Source of the DNA: Octopus vulgaris
Lineage: Eukaryota
DNA: 64,000 nt
Assembly: GCA_951406725.2 (NCBI GenBank)
Contig: OX597817.1
Span: 10,850,001-10,914,000 of the forward strand
Direction of reading: 5' to 3'
The notes beneath the pieces were generated by a model. It saw only the letters and a program-made list of their open reading frames with translations, searched no databases and was not told where the DNA came from. Positions 51,823-63,612 of this stretch are shown in pieces (positions within the stretch are counted from its first letter, which is position 1; each line of letters starts with the position of its first letter). The position numbers and the translations under genes were made by a program.

Positions 51823-52426
51823 TTCTACTAATGCTAGCTACATTATTCTTGTCTGCTTCCAATATTTCTGTGTTTCTTAACACTAGACATCTCTGAGAGT
51901 ATCTCTCAAGGTGAATATATTGCTAATATAGGGTGTTCTACAATACAACCATGTTAAGCAAGATATAAAGATTAAAGGTTGCTAACAATAAAATTAATAA
52001 TAATAGTTTTAATAAATGGGTTGCTTTTCAGTTTTTGTCTTCCAAATTTTTCCAAAAAAGGCAATGTTCAACATAAAGCTGTCCTACCAAATATTTGCCT
52101 ATTATGTTACAAGTCTGTGTGATTGTACAGTGAACTTGAGTGAGCTTCTCATAAATGTAAGGAAGCTTTCACAATTAATCTTCAGTACTACTGCAAAACG
52201 TGCAAAAATTGTCAGTGTTGTCTGGCTGGTAAAATAAAAGGGTAGTCTCACCCCTAGTCTAATTAGTTCACTCAGCAGTCTAGTGTTGTATCCTTAACTA
52301 AGACATCTAACACTCCCTTGCTGTTAAATAGGTAACAGTTAGGTTTAGCAAACTGCTGAAAGCTAAGCATTATATGGGTTTTAAGAAATTTAACTTTTTT
52401 TGTGCTACTGAGATCAAGGCTTACTA

Positions 52427-52647
52427 TTAACCCTTTTGTTACCATATTTATTTTGAGATGCTCTGTGTTTCTTTCAATTAATTTTAAATATAACAAAGAA
52501 TTTAATAAAATAACTTGGTTACCATTAAGCTGGTGTTAGGAACATAAATTGTGACTAAAGTTTGGAAGATTTTCATTCAAAACTTGTGGAAACAAGACAT
52601 TTGTATTACAAAGGCAGTTTCAGCCAGGTTGGTATCGAAAGGGTTAA
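52427..52647. mobile_element. MITE family E
   Basis: TTAA-CCCTTT...AAAGGG-TTAA with the family body. Confidence 0.85.
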
Positions 52648-52884
52648 CAAGTGAAACCCTGCATTCTTCATTAAACTGAAATAGCAATGATTTTAATAGC
52701 TTGTGGTTATTATGTTTAGTGGCTTCATTATCAGATAAGTAATACAAAACACCTTGTAATCATTTCCCTGACATAACTTTAAGCTCTTTGCTTAAGACAT
52801 TTCTACATGATCTACAACTGTACCTATTCTATACAAATCAACTGAGATGTGTGTGTATACATAGACAATAATTTATGCACAAAA

Positions 52885-53111
52885 TTAACCCTTTAGTGTT
52901 CTGATTATTCTATCAAACATAATGCTTATTGATTCCCATTGATTTGAATTAATCATGCATTATCTCATATCTTCAAGATCTTGATGGTGTAATTACCTAA
53001 TGTAGAATAACATTGTAGGGTAGGTGTGAGAGCCTGGATCTGGTCAGTTTGAACATAAAACAGATTAAATATTTTGGCTGGATATGGCCAGTTTAAATAC
53101 TAAAGGGTTAA
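52885..53111. mobile_element. MITE family D
   Basis: Same TIRs and TTAA flanks. Confidence 0.88.
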
Positions 53112-53597
53112 CCCTTAGGCATAAATCATATATATATATATGCATCTTTATAAAAATGTATTGACAAAGCGACACAGCCTACACTCTGCATATGGTTGTC
53201 AACATGCAAGCTTGTTATGACAATTCACAGGTTCTGTAGATGTGTGTCTGTCTCTGTAAATGCTGTTGTCAAATCTAGAAGTATTAGAACTGTCACAACT
53301 CTGTATATGTTATCACTGCAGAGTACATAATTAAAGGTCACATGGAAGAGCAATTTCTCTTCTGATACATTTTTGTCTCCGACCTTTATTTAAATTTAAG
53401 CCATTTCTATCTCCCTTGCTTCTTCCAACCCTGTTCTTTTCTATGGTGGCAGTTATAATCAGTTCTCTGAAGATAAAAAAGTAATTTCTGAAATTTTTTT
53501 GTTTTAAAATAAAAAGAGAAAAGATAGCCAATTTCAGAATGCTTGTTTGAAATTTGCTATCAGAAATGTTACAATATATTCAAATGTAAATGCATGT

Positions 53598-53824
53598 TTA
53601 ACCCTTTAGCGTTCAGATTATTCAATCAAACATAATGCCTATTGATTCCCATTGATTTGAATTAATCATGCATTATCTCATATCTTTAAGATCTTGATGG
53701 TGTAATTACTTAATGTAGAATAACATTGTAGGGTAGGTGTGAGAGCCTGGATCTGGTCAGTTTGAACATATAACAGATGAACTATTTTGGCCGGATATGG
53801 CTGGTTTAAATACTAAAGGGTTAA
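53598..53824. mobile_element. MITE family D
   Basis: Same TIRs; nearly identical to 52885-53111. Confidence 0.88.
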
Positions 53825-55368
53825 TACAATTAACTCTTGCTGACTCAGTCTACTTAGCTGTAAATATACATGAATATTATATAATTGAGCAAATGTTTCT
53901 TTTTGCACATTTTGACTATGTGATGGCAATGGTAAGCCACCCATGTACTTGATCTAAGAACAGTTTTTAATTATTTGACTTCTTCTGACTATTGTTTCTG
54001 ATTATATGTTACATATTTCTACCCTATTTCAAAACAACATCATGTAGTACAATGAGATTTTTAATGGTGGCTTTAGCATGTACGAGACCAACTTTTATGC
54101 AGATTGCAGAGAGATTTATTGTACTGTTTTAAATTCAACTGTGTTAATAATGACATAAAAATTATATTGAACATTGGGAAATTTTATAAGTGTAATTATT
54201 TTTGATAGCATCACTTTGCAAGTCTTAGTTATTGTTAAATATGGAGTTGTACTTGTTTTATATTGTTTTTCTTGTATGTATGTATGTATCTATTTATTTA
54301 TTTTTTTGTCATCAACAAACACTATTTGTCATTCATTTATTGTGTTTAGATATCGTGAAAGTTGTTTGAATGTCAAAAGAAAAAGAATTTTCATTCATAT
54401 GTTGGACTTTGGAAGAATTCAAATTTAGTATAGAAGATACTGCTACTGTTTCCTTTAAATTTTTGAAATATTTATTCTAGGTTTTAAATGTCTGTTTACA
54501 TATCCTAACTCATAGCAGTAATTTCATTAATTAGGTGGTTCTAAAACCAATTTGAATAGCCACCATAGACAAGCTTCTATTCAGTTACTATTACACATTG
54601 GTTTTGTCTTTCCCTGATAAATCAATCTCTTTTCAGGTCTTAGATTCAGACTGTGCAAAACTAGTCCTGATTCAATTTTATTCTGTAAAGAATGGAGAAG
54701 ATTGTAATTTGAGATTCTTTAAACTGTTTATAGAGAACCAAATAAACCATCTCAGTTGTTAACAGAAGTTTCTTCCACACCAATTATGCCTTTCAGTGAT
54801 GAGATTAGTTGGTATAATTTGTATATTCTAAGTTATTTGTATTCTATTCTGAGAGTGGTTATTTTAGTTTATCTAATAACTGTGTGATATCTTGTGAATC
54901 CATATTTTAAATGATTTGGATTGTAGCTATGGAGCTAAGGCTATAAATTTTCTGAAGCCATTAGAATAGCAAGGCAGTAAAATTTTTTAGTTATCTCATA
55001 GGCTTGCTTAATTATCACCATTTTAATGTCCACTTCTCCATGCTGGTATCTGTCAGTCAAAACTTAGTTTTTCAACATTTGGATGCCCTTCATGTACCTA
55101 ACCCTCATTTGTTTTCAAGTAAGCTATTTTCCCCAATCCTTTAAATGGTGAACACCTTTATAGCCAGACATGTCTTCACTAGACACTAGTATCTTTATAA
55201 CCAGTTTCAAGATACTGGTAAAATATGCATACACAAGGGTTTCTTAATTTCCATCTACCAATTTCCATTCTTCAGGGAACTGGTTAACTTGAAGCAAGTG
55301 TGGAAGAGACCTGCTCATGGCACCAATCTGTAGGGACAAATCTGAAATCTCATGGTTGTGAAGCAAAC

Positions 55369-55581
55369 TTAACTCCTTAGCATTTAAACTGGTCGTATCC
55401 AGCCCAAATATTTTGCAAAAACTGACCAAATCTGGCATGTCACACCTACCCTGCAATGTCATTCTAAGAATTAACAATCACATCAAAATTTTAAAGCTAC
55501 AAGATAATGCATGATTAATTCAAGATAATATGAATAAAATAAGTACAACATTTGACCGTAATGTGAACACTAAAAGGTTAA
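55369..55581. mobile_element. MITE family D, diverged, abutting or inserted in an old SINE
   Basis: Degenerate TIRs with TTAA flanks. Confidence 0.78.
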
Positions 55582-55803
55582 TAACATGGGTATGCAGCTA
55601 AATTTCCTTCTTGTCTTGCATGTGATAACCTTATAACATAGAGTATCAGGTTAGAACTCTGTTATCTCATGTTTGTGTCTAATTAGAGATTAAGCAAACA
55701 TAGGTATGAATTTGAGAGCATTCAAGAAGTCCTAAATAGAAGTCTTAAATGAGCACCCAGTAATTATATTTTTTTATAAACTCTTTAATTCTTTCCTTCT
55801 CAG

Positions 55804-56003
55804 GAATCCGCCATCCTGAAGAACTTTCGCTGATGAGGAAATTAGAAAAAGATGATCTGAAGAAAAACACACTTATCCCTGTTCAACATAAACGTCATCG
55901 ACAAAAGCAACCAATGAGTCCGTATGTTGATTCTCCAAACAGCCACAATAACTCCTCAAATAGTCTTGATTTTTACAGCCCACACTCAAACCGCTCACCA
56001 CAG
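55804..56003 (+). CDS. FERMT2: Kindlin exon, F1 IRHPEELSL motif and start of the F1 loop
   Basis: Acceptor ctttccttctcag and CAG|gtatgt donor; 200 nt, phase 1-0. Joins the previous exon as G|GA and translates GIRHPEELSLMRKLEKDDLKKNTLIPVQHKRHRQKQPMSPYVDSPNSHNNSSNSLDFYSPHSNRSPQ. Confidence 0.95.
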
Positions 56004-56261
56004 GTATGTTGTATTCAGACAGTTGTCTTGTTTCCTTTTTGTTCCATGAAGCAAAAGAATGTACAAGCTAAGCAAATCAAGCATGAATGAAGAATGTTGA
56101 ATCCTTTCCAAATAATTTTGAACATCGATACACTTGTTTTACTGATTTTAGCCATTTCACTATGGTCATCTATATTGAGTAGCACCTGTTAAGTGTATAA
56201 TCACTAATATTGACCCACAATTTGTCAAATCGCAATGTCAACCTGAATAGAATTTGAAATC

Positions 56262-56587
56262 AAGGCTGGCTTCCGTGCCGGTGGCACGTTAAAAGCATCC
56301 GAACTTGGCCGATGCCAGCGCCGCCTTGGCTGGCTTCCGTGCCGGTGGCAGATTAAAAGCACCAACCGATCGTGGCCGATGCCAGACTCCCCTGGCACCT
56401 GTGCCAGTGGCACGTAAAAAGCACCCACTACACTCGCGGAGTGGTTGGCGTTAGGAAGGGCATCCAACTGTAGAAACACTGCCAGATCAGACTGGAGCCT
56501 GGTGCAGCCTTCGGGCTTCCCAGACCCCGGTCGAACCGTCCAACCCGTGCTAGCGCAGAAAACGGACGTTAAACGATGATGATGATG
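56262..56587 (+). mobile_element. Retroposon family C
   Basis: Three units plus core and tail. Confidence 0.87.
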
Positions 56588-57625
56588 AAATAAATGTTTT
56601 GTCTGATACTCTACCAATTCTGCCATCCATTCCTCTCTGCTTATTGTGTTGTAACTATAGATGGACTGCAGGATGAAGCGATGCAGGTTTGTTAGCTTCA
56701 TCACAGCTCTGTTGAATCCACAACCCAAATATCTAACTCTTGAATAGTGCAGCCTATCTAGCTGTAAATAGTCTACTGTTAAAGTCAGTTGGAAGATTGT
56801 ATAAATATTTTGTTAGTTTGCTGGGCAATTCAAATTTGGCACTGTTAATTGTGGTTATAGATTAGAAAAAGATTGGCTTCTTAAGGCTGAACCATTCTAT
56901 ATTCATTTCCAAAGATAGTCTTTACTGCTGATGACAGCAATACAGGGTGTTTGTTAGCATTTTTGAAGAAATAAGATTAATTTAGTTTAGTATTGAAGAT
57001 AGATGACTGATTTAATTGTTTCTGAAATACAGAGAATAGAAATTTTGGTGAACATCAACTGAAAATGCATTATCAAATTCCATTAGCTTGGATATGTTTT
57101 ATAGACTTTTCTATAGCCTCTAGTAACTATCCACATTGCTGGAATGCGAGTTATATTTGAAACAAATGGTGACTTGTTTGGAATATCTGTTGCTATAAGC
57201 TTGTATTTGAGCATTTGTCTCCCAACATTATTTATGAATGACTACTTATTTGTGCAAACATTGCACATGGAAAAATGTGAATGCTTTCAAAGTATCTTAA
57301 TTGGGACAAACCTGAGATCAGGTTTCATGGTATTACGCAGGCAAGATTAATCTCTTCATAGACATAACATCCTTTGCTGGTAACATCCTTAGATTAGATA
57401 TCTCTGTCTCTGTCTGACAGCTAGATCAACTGAGGTATATATATAATTGTGCTGCCCAGATACGAGACACTTTCATTGCGACTTAGTACTCCATATTTTA
57501 TCCTCTTCCACTCCTGCCATTATATAAAACTCTGTGTGTGCGTGTGTGTGTGACTACAATGTGAATAAATATAAACTTCTAATGTTTTCCAATCACTTAA
57601 TTTCATCACTTATGTCTCGTTTCAG

Positions 57626-57852
57626 AGCACGTTACATCACAGTCCTGGTAGCGTACATAGTTTATCATCCAACTCTCCTCAAAACACATTTAATGCCAAC
57701 AACAGCTATTTTGCAGGATCAATGCACAGCCTGCACTTAGATGGAGGCTATGAGCAAATATTGCTCAATGGTCCTCATAAACCTACCAAGGAAGCTTTCA
57801 ATCTGCTGTTGCGTCCAAAGACCTTTTCAGAAAAGGCCAGAATGAATAAAGG
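57626..57852 (+). CDS. FERMT2: Kindlin exon, second half of the F1 loop
   Basis: Acceptor tctcgtttcag and GG|gtaagg donor; 227 nt, phase 0-2. Translates STLHHSPGSVHSLSSNSPQNTFNANNSYFAGSMHSLHLDGGYEQILLNGPHKPTKEAFNLLLRPKTFSEKARMNK(G); the end matches kindlin xPxxxxxKAxxNxG. Confidence 0.93.
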
Positions 57853-57861
57853 GTAAGGATA

Positions 57862-58128
57862 TTCTCTTTCTCTTTTCTCTTTTACTTGTTTCAGTCATTT
57901 GACTGCGGCCATGCTGGAGCACCGCCTTTTTAGTTGAGCAAATCGACCCCCAGGACTTATTCTTTGTAAGCCTAGTACTTATGCTATCGGTCTCTTTTGC
58001 CGAACCGCTAAGTAACGGGGACGTAAGCACACCAGCATCTGTTGTCAAGCGATGTTGGGGAGACAAACACAGACACACAAACACACACACAAACACACAC
58101 ACAAACACACACACAAACACACACACAA

Positions 58129-58184
<56 letters not shown>

Positions 58185-58185
58185 G

Positions 58186-58232
<47 letters not shown>

Positions 58233-58404
58233 ATATATATACAACGGGCTTCTTTCAGTTTCCGTCTACCAAATCCACTCACAAGGCTTTGGTCGGCCCG
58301 AGGCTATAGTAGAAGACACTTGCCCAAGGTGCCACGCAGTGGAACTGAACCCGGAACTGTGTGGTTGGTAAGCAAGCTACTTACCACGCAGCCACTCCTG
58401 CGCC
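57862..58404 (-). mobile_element. SINE family A with expanded compound microsatellite, starting ~10 nt after an exon donor
   Basis: Similarity to the other copies; a 12 bp ACACACACAAAC-type unit repeated about five times, then TA/TATG repeats. Confidence 0.9.
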
Positions 58405-58962
58405 TATATAGTAGCAATGTTTAAACTTTATTTATTTAATGAACCTTTGCGAATTGTGTATTAAATATTGTCTGGTTTTGTAGCAGTCTTGTTAGATCTT
58501 CATATCTTGCACATGCTCCCAGTTTCACTCCTTTTCGCATTACATACATTTAAAAATAACCTGTATGGTGCGTCTGTTGCTACAAGTGTTTAGATAGTTG
58601 TGTCTTGCATATATTCCCATCAGCACGTATATTATCTTTTCCTGTGTATGCACTTGTGCAATACATTCAGTTTTACTCTTGCCAAATTTCCCCATATGTG
58701 TGCACAAAGCTACACAAACACAACCACATTCAAATACTTATTTATATATGCACATTCCACACATCCATACATGGCTTTTGCAGTTTGCGTAGTTGCATAC
58801 TCATTGAACCATTTTATTTAGTTCTATATATGCACAAACTTCTTAGCCATGTGGCCAAGCACATATCTGCGTACATATGCACGTGTGCTGATATATGTAT
58901 AGGTGCGCGCACACACGCACACACACACACACACGCACGCACGCACGCACACGCACACACAC

Positions 58963-59354
58963 AGGCGCAGGAGTGGCTGTGTGGTAAGTAGCTTGCTAAC
59001 CAACCACATGGTTCCGGGTTCAGTCCCACTGCGTGGCATCTTGGGCAAGTGTCTTCTGCTATAGCCCCGGGCCTACCAATGCCTTGTGAGTGGATATTTG
59101 GTAGACGGAAACTGAAGGAAGCCTGTCGTATATATGTATATATATGTGTGTGTGTGTGTTTGTCCCCCTAGCATTGCTTGACAACCGATGCTGGTGTGTT
59201 TATGTCCCCGTTACTTAGCGGTTCGGCAAAAGAGACCGATATAATAAGTACTGGGCTTACAAAAGAATAAGTCCCGGGATCGAGTTGCTCGATTAAAGGC
59301 GGTGCTCCAGCATGGCCGCAGTCAAATGACTGAAACAAGTAAAAGTAAAAAAGT
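58963..59354 (+). mobile_element. SINE family A (full length)
   Basis: Similarity to the other copies. Confidence 0.9.
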
Positions 59355-60699
59355 ATATATATATATATATATATATATGCTTATTTTGATTTTTCCAGTT
59401 TCAGCTTATGAGCTGTGGCCATGCTGGGGCACCGCCATTTATATATCTATGAATTTTATTTTCTGCAGTGCTGGTACAGCCTTCTGGCTTGTCAGTCCTC
59501 AGTCAAACTGCCCAGCCCATGCCAGAATGGAAAGCGGACATTAAATAATGATGATGATGATAATTGAAAATGCAACATTTTTTTTTGTCTTTAACTCTTG
59601 CATTTCTAACAGCGATAGATCTATTTTCCTCGTATGTTATGATAGTGGAAGAATAATATTCTGCTTATCAGAGAAGCACTTCATTTTACTCTCTGCTATT
59701 AAATTCAACAGATGACCTTTTGTGTTATTTTTTAAACCCATCTAACAGGAGTACAATACTTTCATTTTCTCTGTTTGAATACAGCTATTACCATTGATTA
59801 AATGCCATTAGGATAATGGTATATGAATGAAGAAAATGCCTAATATCTCCCCTTCCTTGTATATCTAGATATATATCATTTGATTTTCACTGTTAATTAC
59901 CTTCGTTTTCTTGTAGGATTTTCTTTTTATGTTATATGTTCCCTGTGGCATTTAACCAAACTAGTGAGATTACGCTGCACTACTTAACGTATTCTTTTGC
60001 GTAAATATTTCTTTAGCCAGCAGCATTGCTAATTGCCTCTTGTTCAGTGCTAACTTTGGATTAAAAGTTTCACACTGGAACCATTGACTATATATATATA
60101 CATACATATATATATATATATATATTTTTTATAGGTAAAGGTATACATTTCACAACGTGAATGTTTCACAACAGTGAATATTAAGACTTCTGGCAAAAAT
60201 GTTCTCTGTGACATATTTGCTTACAAAACATGAAGTGGCCCCATGGGGCACATAAGATATTCCATGAACTTGAATGCTTTGAAAGTACATATATATTATT
60301 ACACACACGAAACGAGTAAAAATAAGTGAACTTGTTCCAAACAAATTAGTGGATGTGTAAAATTATTACTGTAATGCATGCAACATATGGTCGTCGGTGC
60401 CACACAGTTAATAGAATCAAGGCTGAAACGTTGGTTTGCAAAAAGGTGAGAGGTAGACTGATATCACTACCTAATATTTTATTTCAGGTCTTGCCTCTGC
60501 CCCTAAAAACTTTCAGAATTGAGTCTAACAATGTTAATGCTGGATGTCCTTCCTAACACTCTGTAAAGTGGTTGGCATTAGGAAGGGCATCCAACTGTAG
60601 AAACCATGCCACATAAGACTGGAGTCTGGTGTAGCTTGCCAGGTGTTGTCATGCCGTCCAACCCATGCCAACATGGACAATAAATGAGGATTTTATATA

Positions 60700-60898
60700 T
60701 ATTTCTTTATTGCCCACGAGGGGCTAAACATAGACGGGACAAACAAGGACAGGCAAAGGGATTAAGTTGATTACATCGACCTTGAAGAGATGAAAAGCAA
60801 AGTCAACCTCGGCGGAATTTGAACTCAGAATGTAATGACAAACGAAATACCGCTAAGCATTTCGCCCAGTGCGCTAACGTGTCTGCCGGCTTGCCACC
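60700..60898 (-). mobile_element. SINE family B (internal deletion)
   Basis: Similarity to the other copies. Confidence 0.85.
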
Positions 60899-61049
60899 AT
60901 GAGGGTTTTATATATATCACTATATATTGACCATACTATTGGATGTTGTTGTACACTGCTAGGTTTCAATGCTCTTCCTTGCATTGTTGTAGTTCTTCAA
61001 ATGATGTATCCTGTGGGCCAACATTTGCCCTGAACAAGAATACCCATCT

Positions 61050-61195
61050 GTCACAGGGTTTATCCATTTACAGCTGAGTGGCCTGGAGATCATGAAATTG
61101 AAGTATTTTGCTCAAGAACAACACACTACCAGTCTGGGAATTGAAACCACAACCTTGTGATAGTGAATGCAACACCATAACCATTAAGCCATATA
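61050..61195 (-). mobile_element. Old tRNA-derived SINE fragment of a further family
   Basis: The - strand reads GGCTTAATGGTTA...GGTTTCAATTCCC...GTTCTTGAGCAAAATACTT...CACTCAGCTGTAAATGG. Confidence 0.6.
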
Positions 61196-61277
61196 TCTTC
61201 ACTATTTTACATGTAGAAAATATTGTTTGATGTTTGTACTAAAAAATCTCATGGAATTTTATTTTTTTCCCCCACAG

Positions 61278-61380
61278 ATGGCTTGATTCTTCAATTTCAT
61301 TAATGGAACAAGGTATCCGTGAAAGACATCTACTGTTACTTAGGTTTAAGTTTTTCACATTCTATGACCTCAGTCCAAAG
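61278..61380 (+). CDS. FERMT2: Kindlin exon, F1 C-terminal WLDSS...LRFK segment
   Basis: Acceptor ttttttcccccacag and AAG|gttagt donor; 103 nt, phase 2-0. Translates (G)[34 protein letters not shown], matching kindlin GWLDSSxSLMEQ...LLLRFKxxxFxDLxPK. Confidence 0.96.
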
Positions 61381-62526
61381 GTTAGTATTGATAATTTTTT
61401 GTGAACTATCTTTTAATATCATTTGCTTAATAACTTTATGAAAGCATATTTCAATAGAACACTCTTTTTCTTTTTTTAAAGTTAGGGAAGGAGTAGTGCC
61501 TATAACCTTTACTGTCTCTTCCAGACTGTGGGGGTTTGATGTAGCTAATGTCCGACATAGACTGGACCATAAAAATAGTAACTAAATATTCCTCAAATCA
61601 CACAATCTTAAAAACAGGAAGAACACTTTTAGATAATGTAGGTTTTGAATACACTGTATAAATGATCTTGGGCCTGATTTGTAAGGGCTAAAAATCAACT
61701 CCATATTTTCTATCTTAATTTCTTCAAATCAAATTTTAAGAGAAACATAGGGAAAGAGTAATCTAATTCTGAATAAACCTATTACTGGTACTTTATCCCT
61801 TTTTTTTTTTTTTTTTTAATTTTTATACCAATGCCTAGGCAAATTAAACTGTCAGGATCTGAACCGGAAAGTCCAGTGTTCCATTATTTTAGTTGTGTAG
61901 TGATGTCTTTCAATTTAAGCAATTTTTCCTTTTAGAAATAGTGTCTCATTTTTGCAGTTTCTCTATTCTTTTAATTTTATTTTAATTTTGTTCTCTAGTA
62001 GCTCTTAAGTAGGTTTTCATTACTTTGTAATTGCAAATAGTGGTGATATTCCCCTCCCCCCCCCCAGTGTGAAGGTTGGATTTTTATGAATCTATTTCAA
62101 TGTTTTGTCTAATGTTTGAATTGCTTGCGATAAAATCGTTTTATAATAGGTTTATACTGACCTCAAGCCATGACTCTTATCTTTTACATGATATCTTTGA
62201 AATATAATATGTAGCTTGTGTATGATCCATGCTCTTTGAGACTTTGGAGAACAATTTTAGCATGTGGTGCCTGATATAAAAATTCTGTGGCCAGCACACC
62301 AGACAGATGTCAGTTTTGACATGAATATTTAACAGGGTTGGATGGTTCTTCTATGCAAAGAAGTGCTTAGCGATTGTTGTTAAACCCCAGGCCGTTCGTG
62401 ATTGAAGAAACCAATGAACAAAGCTTTATTTTCCCAAATACATGTTTCTGCAACTTTTTGGTGGGTAGAGGTGGGGCAGAAGAACCATCACTGTTGCATA
62501 TAGACATGCTTTAGGTTAGATGTGAA

Positions 62527-62777
62527 TCATCATCATCATCATCATTTAGCGTCCGCTTTCCATGCTAGCATGGGTTGGACGGTTCAACTGGGGTCTGGGA
62601 AGCCAGAAGGCTGCACCAGGCCCAGTCTGATCTGGCAGTGTTTCTACGGCTGGATGCCCTTCCTAATGCCAACCACTCCGTGAGTGTAGTGGATGTTTTT
62701 TACGTGCCACCCGCACAGGTGCCAGACGGGGCTGGCAAACGGCCACGGATGGATGGTGCTTTTTACGTGCCACCGGC
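62527..62777 (-). mobile_element. Retroposon family C
   Basis: (CAT)n start, core and two units. Confidence 0.87.
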
Positions 62778-63380
62778 TTTAGAAATTATTTCCTATTTCG
62801 CCAAATGTAATGTTCATTCACATTGTTTGGAGTTAATCCTGAGTTTATAGCTTTGAGATTTCAATGATACGATTGTTTATTTTTAGAATGATCTAGCCAG
62901 TTTGACCGAAAAATAGAATATTTAGGCTGGATATGGCTGGTTAAAGGTTTGAAGATGTATTCCTTGGAACTGTTGTTGACTAGTTCTAGGTCATCCTTGG
63001 CCAAGCAGCCTCCCCCCCTTTTTTTTTTCCGGGCATAATTGATTCTAGGATTGTGTGATTTGAGGGAGATTTGGTTATTTCTAGCTTGAGTGATGATATA
63101 CAGGTTCCCTCATTGGTTTTAAATGTAAGTGGAGTCTGAGAAAGAAGTATTTCAAAAACAAATACCAGGTAGTATCTAGGGCAGATGACATGTTATCATT
63201 TTATGTCTTTTTTTCTATACTGGCATGGGTTTGGGTTTCCCAGTGTCTTGTCAGCCACTGTGGAGTTATTTTGCTGTCTGCTGCAGTCCTTCATTACCTG
63301 ATGCACTTCACTGAGAACAACGGTGGAGCTTGTTGTCCATCTTATCTAATGAACTGACTGCATTTCATCTTGCTATTTTA

Positions 63381-63612
63381 CCTATTTCTTTACTACCCAC
63401 AAGGGGCTAAACACAGAGAGGACAAACAAGGACAGACAAACGGATTAAGTTGATTATATCGACTGCAGTGCGTAACTGGTACTTATTTAATCAATCCTGA
63501 AAGGATGAAAGGCAAAGTCGACCTCGGTGGAATTTGAACTCAGAACATAGCGGCTGGCGAAATACCGCTAAGCATTTCGCCCGGCATGCTAACGTTTTGC
63601 CACCTCACCACC
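63381..63612 (-). mobile_element. SINE family B (full length)
   Basis: Similarity to the other copies. Confidence 0.88.

Larger units (their letters stand above)
2787..55803 (+). other. ~53 kb GT-AG intron of the kindlin gene
   Basis: The flanking exons are contiguous in the conserved protein alignment (ICKKC-G-IRHPEELSL), so no constitutive exon is needed in between. Confidence 0.88.

Noticed and set aside
52160-52195. Second hammerhead-like core on the - strand (CTGAAGA...GAAAGCTT)
   Set aside because: No helix II or helix I pairing.
56004-56090. Extension of ORF 55833-56090 beyond RSPQ
   Set aside because: It runs through a good CAG|gtatgt donor, and the next exon continues in phase 0.
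57827-58424. Overlapping long ORFs with THTN/YI/CV repeats
   Set aside because: Stop-free microsatellite inside a SINE, not coding.
1935-59354. Orientation bias of family A SINEs (about 14 antisense versus 8 sense to the gene)
   Set aside because: Counts are too small to differ from chance.
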